Source of the DNA: Myxococcales bacterium
Lineage (GTDB): Bacteria; Desulfobacterota; Binatia; HRBIN30
DNA: 64,000 nucleotides
Reading direction: 5' to 3'
Assembly: GCA_037445065.1 (NCBI GenBank)
Contig: JBBILD010000008.1
Location: forward strand, 123,131-187,130
Position numbers and translations under genes: made by a program. The notes below the pieces were generated by a model. That model did not search any database. It was not told the origin of the DNA and saw nothing but the letters and a program-made list of their open reading frames with translations. Shown piece after piece: positions 37,802 to 46,991 of the stretch; within the stretch, counting starts at the first letter, position 1; the number at the start of each line of letters is the position of its first letter.

Positions 37802-38617
37802 CTACATCACCAGCCCGCCGTTGGGCGAGAGCACTTGCCCGACCATGTAACTGGCCTCGTCGCCGGCCAGGAACACAGCAACCGCCGCGACTTCTTCCGC
37901 AAGTCCAAGTCGTCCGAGGGGCGTTTGCAGCGCAATGCTCTGTTTGAGCGCCGGGTCGAATTCCGCGAGCAGCGGAGTGTCGATAAAGCCCGGGGCAATC
38001 GCGTTGACGAAAATTCCGGCCAGGATCGCTTCACGCGCGACCGCCTTGGTAAAGCCGATCACCCCCGCTTTCGCCGCGGAATACGCAGCCGCACCCACCA
38101 GGCCGGTCAAACCGGCCACGGAAGCCATGTTGATGATCTTCCCGCTCCGCTGCACCTCCATGATCTTCAATGCTTCGCGCGTGCAGTAAAACGTTCCGTC
38201 GAGATGAACCGCTAAGGTGCGCCGCCAATCACTGTCGGAAAGCGTCGAGGTCGCACGGATGGGCTCGCTGATCCGTTGCCCAGACAAGCGTTCCGCTTGT
38301 GCGCGCATTAGATTTTGCCGCACGGTTGGATCGATCAGCACGATACCAGCATTGTTGACCAAAATGTCCAGCCGCTGCCACTTTTCGCGCAACTCTTCGA
38401 ACCAATACGCCACTTCCACGCTGTCGGACACGTCACCCACGAACACCAGTGACTGCCTACCAAGTTCGCGCACCGCACGCGCGGTGTCCTCTGCTGCGTC
38501 GCGGCGAATATCGTTCACAGCCACGTTCGCACCTTCGCGGGCGAACGCTACGGCGATCGCCCGGCCGAGGCCGGACCCGGCGCCGGTAATGAATGCTGCC
38601 CGATTCTCCAACTTCAT
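37802..38617 (-). CDS. Short-chain dehydrogenase/reductase (FabG-like)
   Basis: TGAGSGLG, NNAG, YSAAK, NAIAPG. Confidence 0.9.
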   Translation of the reverse strand: MKLENRAAFITGAGSGLGRAIAVAFAREGANVAVNDIRRDAAEDTARAVRELGRQSLVFVGDVSDSVEVAYWFEELREKWQRLDILVNNAGIVLIDPTVRQNLMRAQAERLSGQRISEPIRATSTLSDSDWRRTLAVHLDGTFYCTREALKIMEVQRSGKIINMASVAGLTGLVGAAAYSAAKAGVIGFTKAVAREAILAGIFVNAIAPGFIDTPLLAEFDPALKQSIALQTPLGRLGLAEEVAAVAVFLAGDEASYMVGQVLSPNGGLVM

Positions 38618-38681
38618 GGGCTCCTCCGCTTTCGTTGCTGTCGCCGCTGGGCGATAATGACGCTCCGGGACGCTAAGCGAG

Positions 38682-39671
38682 ATGCAACGATATGTCCATG
38701 TTGTCAGTCACGGTCCGCAGTGTCTGGACGGTGTGACCGCGGCCGTGGTGGTCTCCTGCTTCCACCCAGACACCTGTTTGCCCCCGCTGTTTTGCAGCAA
38801 CACGAGTGTGAATCGGACGTTGCGTGAGTTTGAACCCAAGCCGGCGTCTGCCGAGCACGAACTTTGGATTACGGACATCTCGTGGACTGACCCGGCGGCA
38901 GATGAGCACCTCACGAACTTGCAAAAACAGGGGGTGCAAATCGTTTGGATTGATCATCATCGCACTGCCATCGAACGGTTTCGCGCCGGCCAGGTGCAAG
39001 CCCGCGTCTTGCACACCGTATTGGACGAAACATACGCTGCTTCGCGGTTGACCTTCGACTTCTTACGGCGCCGGTATCCCGATGCGACCCTGCCCCCCTT
39101 TCTCGAGCGGCTCGTTGAACTCGCGGACGACAACGATCGCTGGTTGCACCGCTTCCCGGAGTCGCACGCGCTCGCCCTCGCGGTTGGCGCTTTGGACGGC
39201 AGCCAGACCTTTTCTGAGCTCATGGCCTTTGCGCAAAGCGGTGCCTGGGGAGAACGCTTGCAGGCAGCGCACACGCGTGCCCAGAGAGAAGTGGGAGAAA
39301 GCTTGACCCTGGCCAATCTTACCCGCCGCGAGCGGAAAGTCCCGGAAAGGGGCGTAACGGTGGTCGCAGCACTCTGCGATGGGTACCCGAGCGAGGTGGC
39401 GGAGAGCTGGAAAGGCACTTCGAAGGAGTCAGTCTTTGCCTTTTTTGATTTGCGCAGCCGTACGGTGAGCTTTCGCCGCACCCCAGACTGCTCGGTGGAC
39501 CTCTCGCAGCTCGCTCGGCGTCTCGGTGGTGGGGGCCATCCCGCAGCAGCAGGATGTGACCTCCCTGAACTTTTCCAGGCGCTTGCCGCTGAATTGCTCG
39601 ACACAGTGGAAGGCGCCTTGCGAAGCTCCGGCGCAAAGGATCCGGAAGGGCAAGGCGGCGGGGGCACGTAG
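38682..39671 (+). CDS. DHH/DHHA1 phosphoesterase
   Basis: SHGPQCLDG, ITD, IDHH, GGGHPAAAG. Confidence 0.85.
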   Translation: MQRYVHVVSHGPQCLDGVTAAVVVSCFHPDTCLPPLFCSNTSVNRTLREFEPKPASAEHELWITDISWTDPAADEHLTNLQKQGVQIVWIDHHRTAIERFRAGQVQARVLHTVLDETYAASRLTFDFLRRRYPDATLPPFLERLVELADDNDRWLHRFPESHALALAVGALDGSQTFSELMAFAQSGAWGERLQAAHTRAQREVGESLTLANLTRRERKVPERGVTVVAALCDGYPSEVAESWKGTSKESVFAFFDLRSRTVSFRRTPDCSVDLSQLARRLGGGGHPAAAGCDLPELFQALAAELLDTVEGALRSSGAKDPEGQGGGGT

Positions 39672-40181
39672 ACACATTCGCAAGGACGCAGCGCCAGTCG
39701 CCCCGCGCTTTCGCGACTGGCCCCTCCCCCTGGCTTGGTGGCCAGAGTCAATAGCGTGACCGAGCAAGCGATCCCCGGAGGCTTGCCCGCGAAGGCAGCT
39801 TGGGGAGATGTGCTGAGCGTACTTGCCCTGCGGAGGGCAAGAAGCGCTGCTCCTTGGTACCGCAGAGCGAGTATCTCTGCCCTTGCTTAGCTCGGAAGCT
39901 GCCGAGTGGTGAAGGCGTCTTGCCGATTGTGTCTCGAGTTGTCCCAGCAAGCCCATGCGCTGAAGGAAGGGAACTGCGCCGGGCGCGGAGGAAACGGGGA
40001 GCTACCCTTTGGTCGCTGGGAATGCACACCCGCACGCCGGTCCACCGATTGGGTCCGCACGGGCTCGTAGGGGAGCGCGCGGTGCCGGCAGTGCGCACAG
40101 ACTGTAAGTTTTTGCGGACGACTCTGTACAAAAGGGGCTCGCTTGTGGCAGGATGCCTGCGCGTTTTGGTGGTATCCCGGG

Positions 40182-40197
40182 TGGCATCCGGGTTGCT
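40182..40197 (+). promoter_or_regulatory. Putative sigma-54 (-24/-12) promoter
   Basis: TGGCAT-CCGGG-TTGCT matches TGGCAC-N5-TTGCW with correct spacing, 30 bp upstream of ATG 40228. Confidence 0.6.
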
Positions 40198-40227
40198 CGA
40201 AGCTGAGCAGGTTGGAGGAGGTGGAAG

Positions 40228-40527
40228 ATGGCGAGAGGTGGATTGCTCGGAACCGAGCCGCGCAAACGGGCGCTTACGGCGGAAGAGCTGCTGATGCTCG
40301 CAGTACTGGAGCAAGCGCTTGCGGACCTTGATAACCCTTGCCCTGCTGTTCGGGCGGATGCCGATGCCTACTTTTTTTCGTACGGTCCTGACTACAGCAT
40401 TTTCAGCTTCGATTCGGTCTGCCGGCACTTTCACTTGAGCCCCACCGCGGTCCGCGAGGCGTTACGGCTGCGTGCTCGGAAGCTGCCGAAGCGCAAGACA
40501 CCGCGCTCGTACCGCCGCGCTGCGTGA
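40228..40527 (+). CDS. Small conserved hypothetical protein (paralog of 41256-41630)
   Basis: GGAGGAGG RBS; EELLMLAVLEQALADL...ADAYFFS...FSFDSVCRHFHLSPTAVREAL. Confidence 0.75.
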   Translation: MARGGLLGTEPRKRALTAEELLMLAVLEQALADLDNPCPAVRADADAYFFSYGPDYSIFSFDSVCRHFHLSPTAVREALRLRARKLPKRKTPRSYRRAA

Positions 40528-40560
40528 GTAGGCGGGTTGCGGCCAAAACGTCGGCCGCTG

Positions 40561-41154
40561 CTAACAGTCACGGGCGAGGGCTTCTTCGACTTGCCGGCGC
40601 AGAGCCTCGATGTCGCCGGAGTTGTCGAGAATGACGTCCGCGAAGGGCCGCCGCGCGTCGTCGTTCCACTGCGCATGTCTACGCGCTTCGAAATCAGCCG
40701 GATCCATGTGTCGCTGTTCCGCCAGGCGCTGGCGAGCCAAATGTGTCGGCGTCACCACCAACCACACTTGGTCGACCAGCGAGTGCCACCCAGCCTCGAG
40801 GAGAAGAGCCGCTTCTAGCACCACGGGTCCTCCGAGTCGGTCCGACCGCAGGCGCTCGATACGCTTGCGCAGCTCCGCATCCACGAGTGGGTGCATGATC
40901 CGGTTCAGGCGCGAGAGAGCCGCGCGGTCCGCGAACACGATTGCCGCGAGTTTTCTGCGATCGATGGTTCCGTCGGGTGCAACGATTCCTTGCCCAAAGG
41001 CGGATACCACTTCCTGCCAGCCTGGCGTCCCGGGCTCGTAGACTTGATGAGCCACTCGGTCTGCGTCGATGATATGGGCCCCCCGCTCTTGGAGGATGCG
41101 GGCTACGGTGGACTTACCGCTGCCGATCCCACCGGTGAGGCCGATGACCTTCAT
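40561..41154 (-). CDS. coaE: Dephospho-CoA kinase
   Basis: GLTGGIGSGKST P-loop, IDAD, IDRRKL, LEAALLLE. Confidence 0.95.
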   Translation of the reverse strand: MKVIGLTGGIGSGKSTVARILQERGAHIIDADRVAHQVYEPGTPGWQEVVSAFGQGIVAPDGTIDRRKLAAIVFADRAALSRLNRIMHPLVDAELRKRIERLRSDRLGGPVVLEAALLLEAGWHSLVDQVWLVVTPTHLARQRLAEQRHMDPADFEARRHAQWNDDARRPFADVILDNSGDIEALRRQVEEALARDC

Positions 41155-41255
41155 CGCTGCTCGCTAAGTGTCCACGCTCGCGCCCTCGGTTTCAACTGCC
41201 GGAGGCGTAGGGAGAAAGCGAGCACCAGTTCCGAACGCTCGTCGCGATGAAGGCC

Positions 41256-41630
41256 TCAACGCCCGCGCGGGCTGCGGCGGGGAAATTGAGGCAGTGAGGA
41301 ATCGCCAGGGTTCTCCTTTGCCCGAGCGTACCACTCCTCGAGGCCGCGCCGGACATAGTCCGGGTCGAGCCCGAGCGCGTCGCATATGTTCTCGAAGGAG
41401 TACCACCACTGCCGGTCGGCGGCAAAAATCCAATCATGCGCTTCGCGAAAGATTTGTTGGCTGCGGTGATCGCGGGAGAACGCGTGCTTGCGGAAACACT
41501 CTAAAGCGTCCTGAAGAACGGCCATCATCAAGCGCCGTTCCGGGTAGGCTGGCGAGCCCTGCCGGAAATTCGCATAAAACTGCGCCGGCAACAGCGCATC
41601 GGGTTCGAACAACCCAGAACTTCGCTCCAT
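41256..41630 (-). CDS. Small conserved hypothetical protein (paralog of 40228-40527)
   Basis: FEPDALLPAQFY...PERRLMMAVLQDALECF...AHDWIF...YSFENICDALGLDPDYVRRGL; GGGAGG RBS. Confidence 0.8.
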   Translation of the reverse strand: MERSSGLFEPDALLPAQFYANFRQGSPAYPERRLMMAVLQDALECFRKHAFSRDHRSQQIFREAHDWIFAADRQWWYSFENICDALGLDPDYVRRGLEEWYARAKENPGDSSLPQFPRRSPRGR

Positions 41631-41779
41631 GGTGACCCTCCCGTGGACCGAATAAATTTTTTGATTTTGCCCGCCGACTCGCCGCGGATTTGCGTACCAC
41701 GCTCGGTATGCCCCGGGGCTCCAGCCTCCCCCCTTCTACGTCGGTACCCGAGTACGGACCGGGGCAAGCATAACGGGGC

Positions 41780-42064
41780 TTACTTTTTCGTTCCGAGGAC
41801 GGAGTCCTTGAACGATTTTGCTACTGAGAAACGAACTTTTTTCCGGGCCGGAATCTTAATCGGCTCACCCGTTTGTGGATTGCGCCCCATCCGAGCCTTG
41901 GTCTGCACTTTGCGGAAGGTCCCAAGCCCGGGGATCTTCACTGGGTCGCCCTTTTTTACCGAGGCCACGGTGACTTGCACGAGCGTCTGCAGGACCGTGT
42001 CTGCCTGCTTCTTGGAGATGCTTGCTGCATCGGCCAGCTTCTGCACCAGTTGCGACTTCGTCAT
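41780..42064 (-). CDS. hup: HU-family histone-like DNA-binding protein
   Basis: MTKSQLV, IPGLGTF, ARMGRNPQTGEPIKIPA; AGGAG RBS. Confidence 0.95.
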   Translation of the reverse strand: MTKSQLVQKLADAASISKKQADTVLQTLVQVTVASVKKGDPVKIPGLGTFRKVQTKARMGRNPQTGEPIKIPARKKVRFSVAKSFKDSVLGTKK

Positions 42065-42240
42065 GCTTTACTCTCCTCTCCCCTCAGCTTGCGTTCCGTT
42101 TTGCCACGCCACCTCACAACCGGCGAGACAGTTGCGGCTATAGTTGCAACGATCCAAGTGCCCGTGTCAAGAAACCCCAGCGACTTTTTGCAAAAAAAGC
42201 GTGGCGATTGGGGCCGCAGGTTGTGGCGCACCGGGCAGGA

Positions 42241-43557
42241 TCAGTCGTAATATTCGAGCCCCAGGTGGGTGATGAGTTCTTCGCCCCGCAAGTACCGCAG
42301 GGTGTTCTTCAGCTTCATGAGCTGAATGAAGAGATCGTGTTCGGGATAGAGTCCCGGAGCGGTCTGCGGGTTTTTGAAGTAAAAGGACAGCCACTCTTGG
42401 ATCCCGCGCATGCCTGCGCGCTGTGCGAGGTCCAGAAACAGCGCGAGGTCCAACACCAGGGGCGCCGCCAAGATGGAATCCCGGCAGAGAAAGTTCACCT
42501 TGATCTGCATCGAGTAACCGAGCCAGCCGAAAATATCGATGTTGTCCCAGCCCTCTTTGTTATCCCCCCGCGGCGGGTAGTAGTGAATGTGAACCTGATG
42601 CACGAAGTCGCGGTAGAGATCCGGATACACCTCGGGCTGCAAGATCACTTCTAGGGGAGAGAGTTTGCTTTCCTCCTTGGTCTTGAAGGAGCCCGGCTCG
42701 GCCAGCACCTCTCCATCTCGGTTTCCGAGGATGTTCGTCGAGAACCAGCCTTGCAGGCCGAGCAGGCGGGCTTTGAGTCCGGGCGCGATGATCGTTTTCA
42801 TGAGGGTTTGGCCCGTCTTGAAATCCTTGCCGCAAATCGGCACGTGCTGGCGTTGCGCCAGCTCGACCATGGCGGGAATATCCACGGTGAGGTTAGGGGC
42901 ACCGTTCCCAAACGGAATCCCGCTGCGCAGAGCCGCGTACGCGTAAATCATGCTGGGCGCGATATCCGGGTCGTTGCGTTCCAACCCGGCTTCCAGGGCG
43001 GCAAGGGAGCTGTGAACTGCACTTGGCCTTAGATAGCTCTCCGTGCTTCCGCACCAAATCATGACCGCTCGCGCCACCCCGTGTTCGCGGCAAAATGTGC
43101 GAATGTCTTCACACAGTTGTTCAGCTAGGTCTCGCTTGTTCTTGCCGTGCTTGACGAAGGTGCCGTGCAAGCGTTTTACGAAAGCGGGCTCGAACACCCC
43201 CGGCCACGGCTGAACAGCTTCCAGGAAATCTCGGATTTGTTCGAGCTGGCTTCGCTCGAGTACGCCGGCGCGAAGTGCGGCTTCGTAGGCGTTGTCGGGG
43301 AAAATATCCCATGCTCCGAAAACCAAATCCGAAAGTTCGGCCAGCGGTACGAAATCGCGGATTTTGGGAACCCGACGTTCGGTGCGCTTGCCGAGGCGGA
43401 TGGTGCCCATTTGCGTCAGCGAACCAATCGGCTTGGCTAGCCCTCTGCGCACCAGTTCCACACCCGCGATAAAGGTACTGCTGACGGCGCCGAGCCCTAC
43501 CAAGAGTACGCCGAGTTTTCCTTGTGCTGGCTGGATCGGTGTTGGCGTCGGGGTCAT
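42241..43557 (-). CDS. ino1: Myo-inositol-1-phosphate synthase
   Basis: GLGAVSST, WCGSTE, NGAPN, GKDFKTGQTLMK, NILGNRDG, YYPPRGDNKEGWD, CRDSILAAPL, FYFK. Confidence 0.93.
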   Translation of the reverse strand: MTPTPTPIQPAQGKLGVLLVGLGAVSSTFIAGVELVRRGLAKPIGSLTQMGTIRLGKRTERRVPKIRDFVPLAELSDLVFGAWDIFPDNAYEAALRAGVLERSQLEQIRDFLEAVQPWPGVFEPAFVKRLHGTFVKHGKNKRDLAEQLCEDIRTFCREHGVARAVMIWCGSTESYLRPSAVHSSLAALEAGLERNDPDIAPSMIYAYAALRSGIPFGNGAPNLTVDIPAMVELAQRQHVPICGKDFKTGQTLMKTIIAPGLKARLLGLQGWFSTNILGNRDGEVLAEPGSFKTKEESKLSPLEVILQPEVYPDLYRDFVHQVHIHYYPPRGDNKEGWDNIDIFGWLGYSMQIKVNFLCRDSILAAPLVLDLALFLDLAQRAGMRGIQEWLSFYFKNPQTAPGLYPEHDLFIQLMKLKNTLRYLRGEELITHLGLEYYD

Positions 43558-43659
43558 GGGTCGCGGCTCTAGAGTACGGCGCGAAGCCTGACAAGCGAAA
43601 TTGCTTTGCCGGGTAGAGCTGCTGTGATACGCAAGAGCCATCGGAGCGGAAGGACGGAA

Positions 43660-44334
43660 ATGGCTAGGATTGCAATCCTGGGTGGGACGGGTCCGGAGGG
43701 CATGGGCTTGGCAGCTCGCTTCGCGTTTGCCGGCGAGCAAGTGCTGATCGGATCGCGACAGCGAGAACGGGCGGAACAGGCAGCTGCGAAGCTGCATGAC
43801 AAACTGCACTCGGCCGGTTGTTCGAGCGTTGTGGATGCGGGAGAAAATCAGGAGATCGTGCGGCACGCCGAGGTAGTGGTGCTGGCCTTTCCGTTTGAAG
43901 GCGCGGAACCACTCCTGACCGGATTGCGGCAAGAGCTCCGCGGCAAGATCGTCCTCGATACTCTGAACCCGATGGTTTTGCGGGACGGGCTGTTCCATCT
44001 CGTCCCAGTCCCGGCTGGGTCGGCGGGTCAACAGATCCAACAATGGCTTCCGGAGTCGCCGGTGGTGGCCGGCTTTAAAAACTTGAGCGCCCGCGAGCTG
44101 TGGGACGTTCCCCACCGACTGGAAGGAGATGTGCTCCTGTGTGGAGACTTTCCCGAGGCCACCCGGTTCTTTGCGGACTTGATCCGCCGCATGCCGGATC
44201 TCCGAGCGGTGGATGCGGGGCCGCTGGCGAATTCTCATCACTTGGAAAGCATCACCACTTTGCTCATGAATCTGAACCGGCGGTACAAGGCGCGCACTTC
44301 TGTGCTGATTCTAGGACTGAAGCTTGACCGATAG
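43660..44334 (+). CDS. npdG: NADPH-dependent F420 reductase
   Basis: GGTGPEGMGLA, IGSR, VVAGFKNLSA, VDAGPLANS...ESIT. Confidence 0.88.
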   Translation: MARIAILGGTGPEGMGLAARFAFAGEQVLIGSRQRERAEQAAAKLHDKLHSAGCSSVVDAGENQEIVRHAEVVVLAFPFEGAEPLLTGLRQELRGKIVLDTLNPMVLRDGLFHLVPVPAGSAGQQIQQWLPESPVVAGFKNLSARELWDVPHRLEGDVLLCGDFPEATRFFADLIRRMPDLRAVDAGPLANSHHLESITTLLMNLNRRYKARTSVLILGLKLDR

Positions 44335-44354
44335 GCGGCTAGAAAGGACGAGAC

Positions 44355-45167
44355 ATGAGCGGTGTCCGGGGTGTGAAAGCCTGGTGTTCGCGAACAGCGG
44401 TGGTCGGGTTCTCGCTGGCGGCGTGGACTTGCTGCTTTCGAGGAGCCGTGTATGGCGCGGGCGGCCTTGCCTGGGAAGCAGAGTTGAGGATGAACGCCGG
44501 AGAAACCAGGCACCTTCGGGTGGTCACGGCGGAGCGGAAAGCCAAGATCAGCGAGCGAGGCGGCATGGAATATGTGCTGCGGATGGACCGCGATGAAATG
44601 TACTGGCTCGATCCGAAGCGCCGCACCTACCAGGTGGTGAAGCTCAGCGAGGTGGAACGAGCCGCCAAAGGCATGGAAGAGCAAATGCGGGTTGCCTTGT
44701 CGAAAATGAAAAAAGAGTTGCAAAGTCTTCCCCCTGAGCAGCGAGCCATGATCGAGCAAATGATCGCCAACAGCCGGGGCGAGCCCGCTCAACGCTCGCC
44801 ACGTGCGCAAGTGACAAAGACAGGCGTACAAAAAACCATCGCTGGGCTGCGTTGCGAAGAGTATGTGGTGGAGGTGGAAGGCAAGCAGCGGCTGAGGGCC
44901 TGCACGACAGACCAGGTGCCGGGGTTCGAAGCGATGCGCGGCGAGTGGCTGGACGTGCAGAGGCGCATGGCGGAGTGGATGCCAATGGGATTCGGGCGCG
45001 GTGCGGATGGATTCGAAAAAGTCCCCGGTTTCCCACTCGAAAGCGAAATGGGCCATCTGTATGCGGTCGTGCGCAAGATCGAGAGTGCAGCTCCCCCGCC
45101 TTCCGAATTCGAGGTTCCTGCCGGCTACGAACGCCGCCCCGGTCCGTTGTTCCCCCCCGTGCAGTGA
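44355..45167 (+). CDS. Exported DUF4412-like protein
   Basis: Signal-like N-terminus, LPPEQRAMIEQM, KTIAGLRCEEY, GFPL, FEVPAGY. Confidence 0.75.
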   Translation: MSGVRGVKAWCSRTAVVGFSLAAWTCCFRGAVYGAGGLAWEAELRMNAGETRHLRVVTAERKAKISERGGMEYVLRMDRDEMYWLDPKRRTYQVVKLSEVERAAKGMEEQMRVALSKMKKELQSLPPEQRAMIEQMIANSRGEPAQRSPRAQVTKTGVQKTIAGLRCEEYVVEVEGKQRLRACTTDQVPGFEAMRGEWLDVQRRMAEWMPMGFGRGADGFEKVPGFPLESEMGHLYAVVRKIESAAPPPSEFEVPAGYERRPGPLFPPVQ

Positions 45168-45191
45168 TCCAAGACGCCGAGGGCTCGCCGT

Positions 45192-46361
45192 ATGAGCAGC
45201 ACAGGCGAGGGTGGCCGTTGGGTTGTAGATGCAGACGGGCATGTGCTCGAGCCGCCCGACCTTTGGGCTCGCTATGTAGACCCGACGTATCGGGATCGAG
45301 CGATTCGCGTTTGCACCGGTCCTGATGGCCGCGATGCTCTGTGGATTGACGGTAGGCCCGCGCGCCTGACGACTACGGAAATGTTGGGTGGCATCGGTTG
45401 TATGGGCCAGGACTTGTCGGTGCTAGCGGAAGCGGCCACCTCAGGGCGGTACCTGGCTTTTGCCGCTCCGGCTGCCTACGAGCCTCGCGAGCGCTTGGCC
45501 TTGCTCGATCGAGAAGGCGTCACCCACGCGGTGCTCTACCCGACTTTAGGGTTGCAGTGGGAGGCAGAGGCTCCGGACGCGGATTACGCGTTTGCTCATG
45601 CACAAGCGTATAACCGGTGGATCGAAGAGTTTTGCTCGAGTAGTCGGGGACGCCTGGTCCCCGTGGCGCACTTGGTGTTGGGTGACCCGCACCGTGCCGC
45701 ACAAGAGCTAGAGCGCGCCGTGCGCCACGGAGCGCGCGGTGGATTTGTGTTGCCCTTTACCTCGAGCGGGCTTCCTCATGGGCATCCTGACCACGACCCT
45801 TTATGGGCGAAGGCGCAGGAGTTGGACGTGCCCATTGCCATTCACACCGGGGTTGACCCACCGCAGCGGAGCTTGCACCACCGCTACGACGGTTTGTCAT
45901 GGCCGGAGGCGGTGCCGGCGGGCATCTGGTACCTGCAGCTCTTGTTCGCGCACGCCGTGCAGCAGGCCTTCAGCTCGTTTTTCCTCTACGCCACCTTCGA
46001 TCGGTTCCCCGGGCTCAAGCTTGTCCTGCTCGAATCTGGTGCGGGTTGGCTGCCGTATTGGATGGATCGGATGGACAATTTCTACAAGGGTGCGCTGCGC
46101 ATCACATTGCCGCTACGCGATTTGCCGAGCAGCTACGTGCGCCGCCAGTGCTGGATCGCTGCGGATCCGGATGAACACACGCTTCCCTTCGTTCTCCAAG
46201 AAGTGGGCGCAGAAAGGGTCTTGTGGGCCAGTGATTATCCGCACAGTGACCACGCAGGCACCTACATGCGCGAGCTGGACGAGCTGTGTGCCAACCTCGA
46301 TGCCGAGGTGGCGTTGCGCCTGCGCGGAGAGAATGCGGCCCGGCTCTACCGGCTTGCCTGA
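45192..46361 (+). CDS. Amidohydrolase_2 family protein
   Basis: DADGHVLEP, LYPT, AYNRW, IHTG, LESGAGW, WASDYPHSD. Confidence 0.9.
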   Translation: MSSTGEGGRWVVDADGHVLEPPDLWARYVDPTYRDRAIRVCTGPDGRDALWIDGRPARLTTTEMLGGIGCMGQDLSVLAEAATSGRYLAFAAPAAYEPRERLALLDREGVTHAVLYPTLGLQWEAEAPDADYAFAHAQAYNRWIEEFCSSSRGRLVPVAHLVLGDPHRAAQELERAVRHGARGGFVLPFTSSGLPHGHPDHDPLWAKAQELDVPIAIHTGVDPPQRSLHHRYDGLSWPEAVPAGIWYLQLLFAHAVQQAFSSFFLYATFDRFPGLKLVLLESGAGWLPYWMDRMDNFYKGALRITLPLRDLPSSYVRRQCWIAADPDEHTLPFVLQEVGAERVLWASDYPHSDHAGTYMRELDELCANLDAEVALRLRGENAARLYRLA

Positions 46362-46978
46362 GCCGCGCCGCTGCCCTCACAGCAGGCCTGCCACAACTCG
46401 TGCAGACGCGCGTGGCCGTCACGAAAGATCGGCCATCCATCCCCGACCAGCACGGCTTCAATCGCTGGCAGACGCACGAGCCGCGAGATCGAGGCACACG
46501 CTGCAGCGCGGTCTCGCAGTTTGGGTTCCGGCAGGAGCGTGAGCCAACCGCCACGGTGGCTGCGGATCAGGTCGCCACAAATCAGGGTGTCCGGCTGTAA
46601 AAACAAAGCGAGTTCTCCGGGGGTTTTGGAGCCGCCCAACTCGAAAACGCTCAGGCCATGGACGACTTCGTCTCCGTCGGCGAGCCAACGGTCGCAGGCG
46701 AGGGGAAAAGAGTCGCGCTCGGCTCGAGGGCCAGCGAGCTTGGCACCGGTAGCGCGCGCCAGCTCAGGGGCGGCGCGAACATGGTCGGAGTTGGTGACCA
46801 CGATCCACTGCACCGAGCCGAGTTGCGCCAAGTGTGTTCGATCGTGTTCCGACAAGGGCAAAGGGTCAACCACCACGTTCCCCCCGGCGCGCACCCAGAG
46901 ATAGCTGTGAAAATCCAGGTCTCGTTCTTCGTTGAACAGAGACCAGCAGAACAAATCGTCGCGGTGCAGCCGTTTCAT
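46346..46978 (-). CDS. Metallo-beta-lactamase-fold protein
   Basis: TNSDHVR, GSKTPGE, CGDL, LVGDGW (degenerate MBL motifs). Confidence 0.8.
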   Translation of the reverse strand: MKRLHRDDLFCWSLFNEERDLDFHSYLWVRAGGNVVVDPLPLSEHDRTHLAQLGSVQWIVVTNSDHVRAAPELARATGAKLAGPRAERDSFPLACDRWLADGDEVVHGLSVFELGGSKTPGELALFLQPDTLICGDLIRSHRGGWLTLLPEPKLRDRAAACASISRLVRLPAIEAVLVGDGWPIFRDGHARLHELWQACCEGSGAAQASR

Positions 46979-46991
46979 GACAGTGCCGCGC

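Noticed and set aside
43558..44241. N-terminal extension of ino1 (666-aa ORF)
   Set aside because: Antisense to npdG; MIPS similarity begins near ATG 43557.
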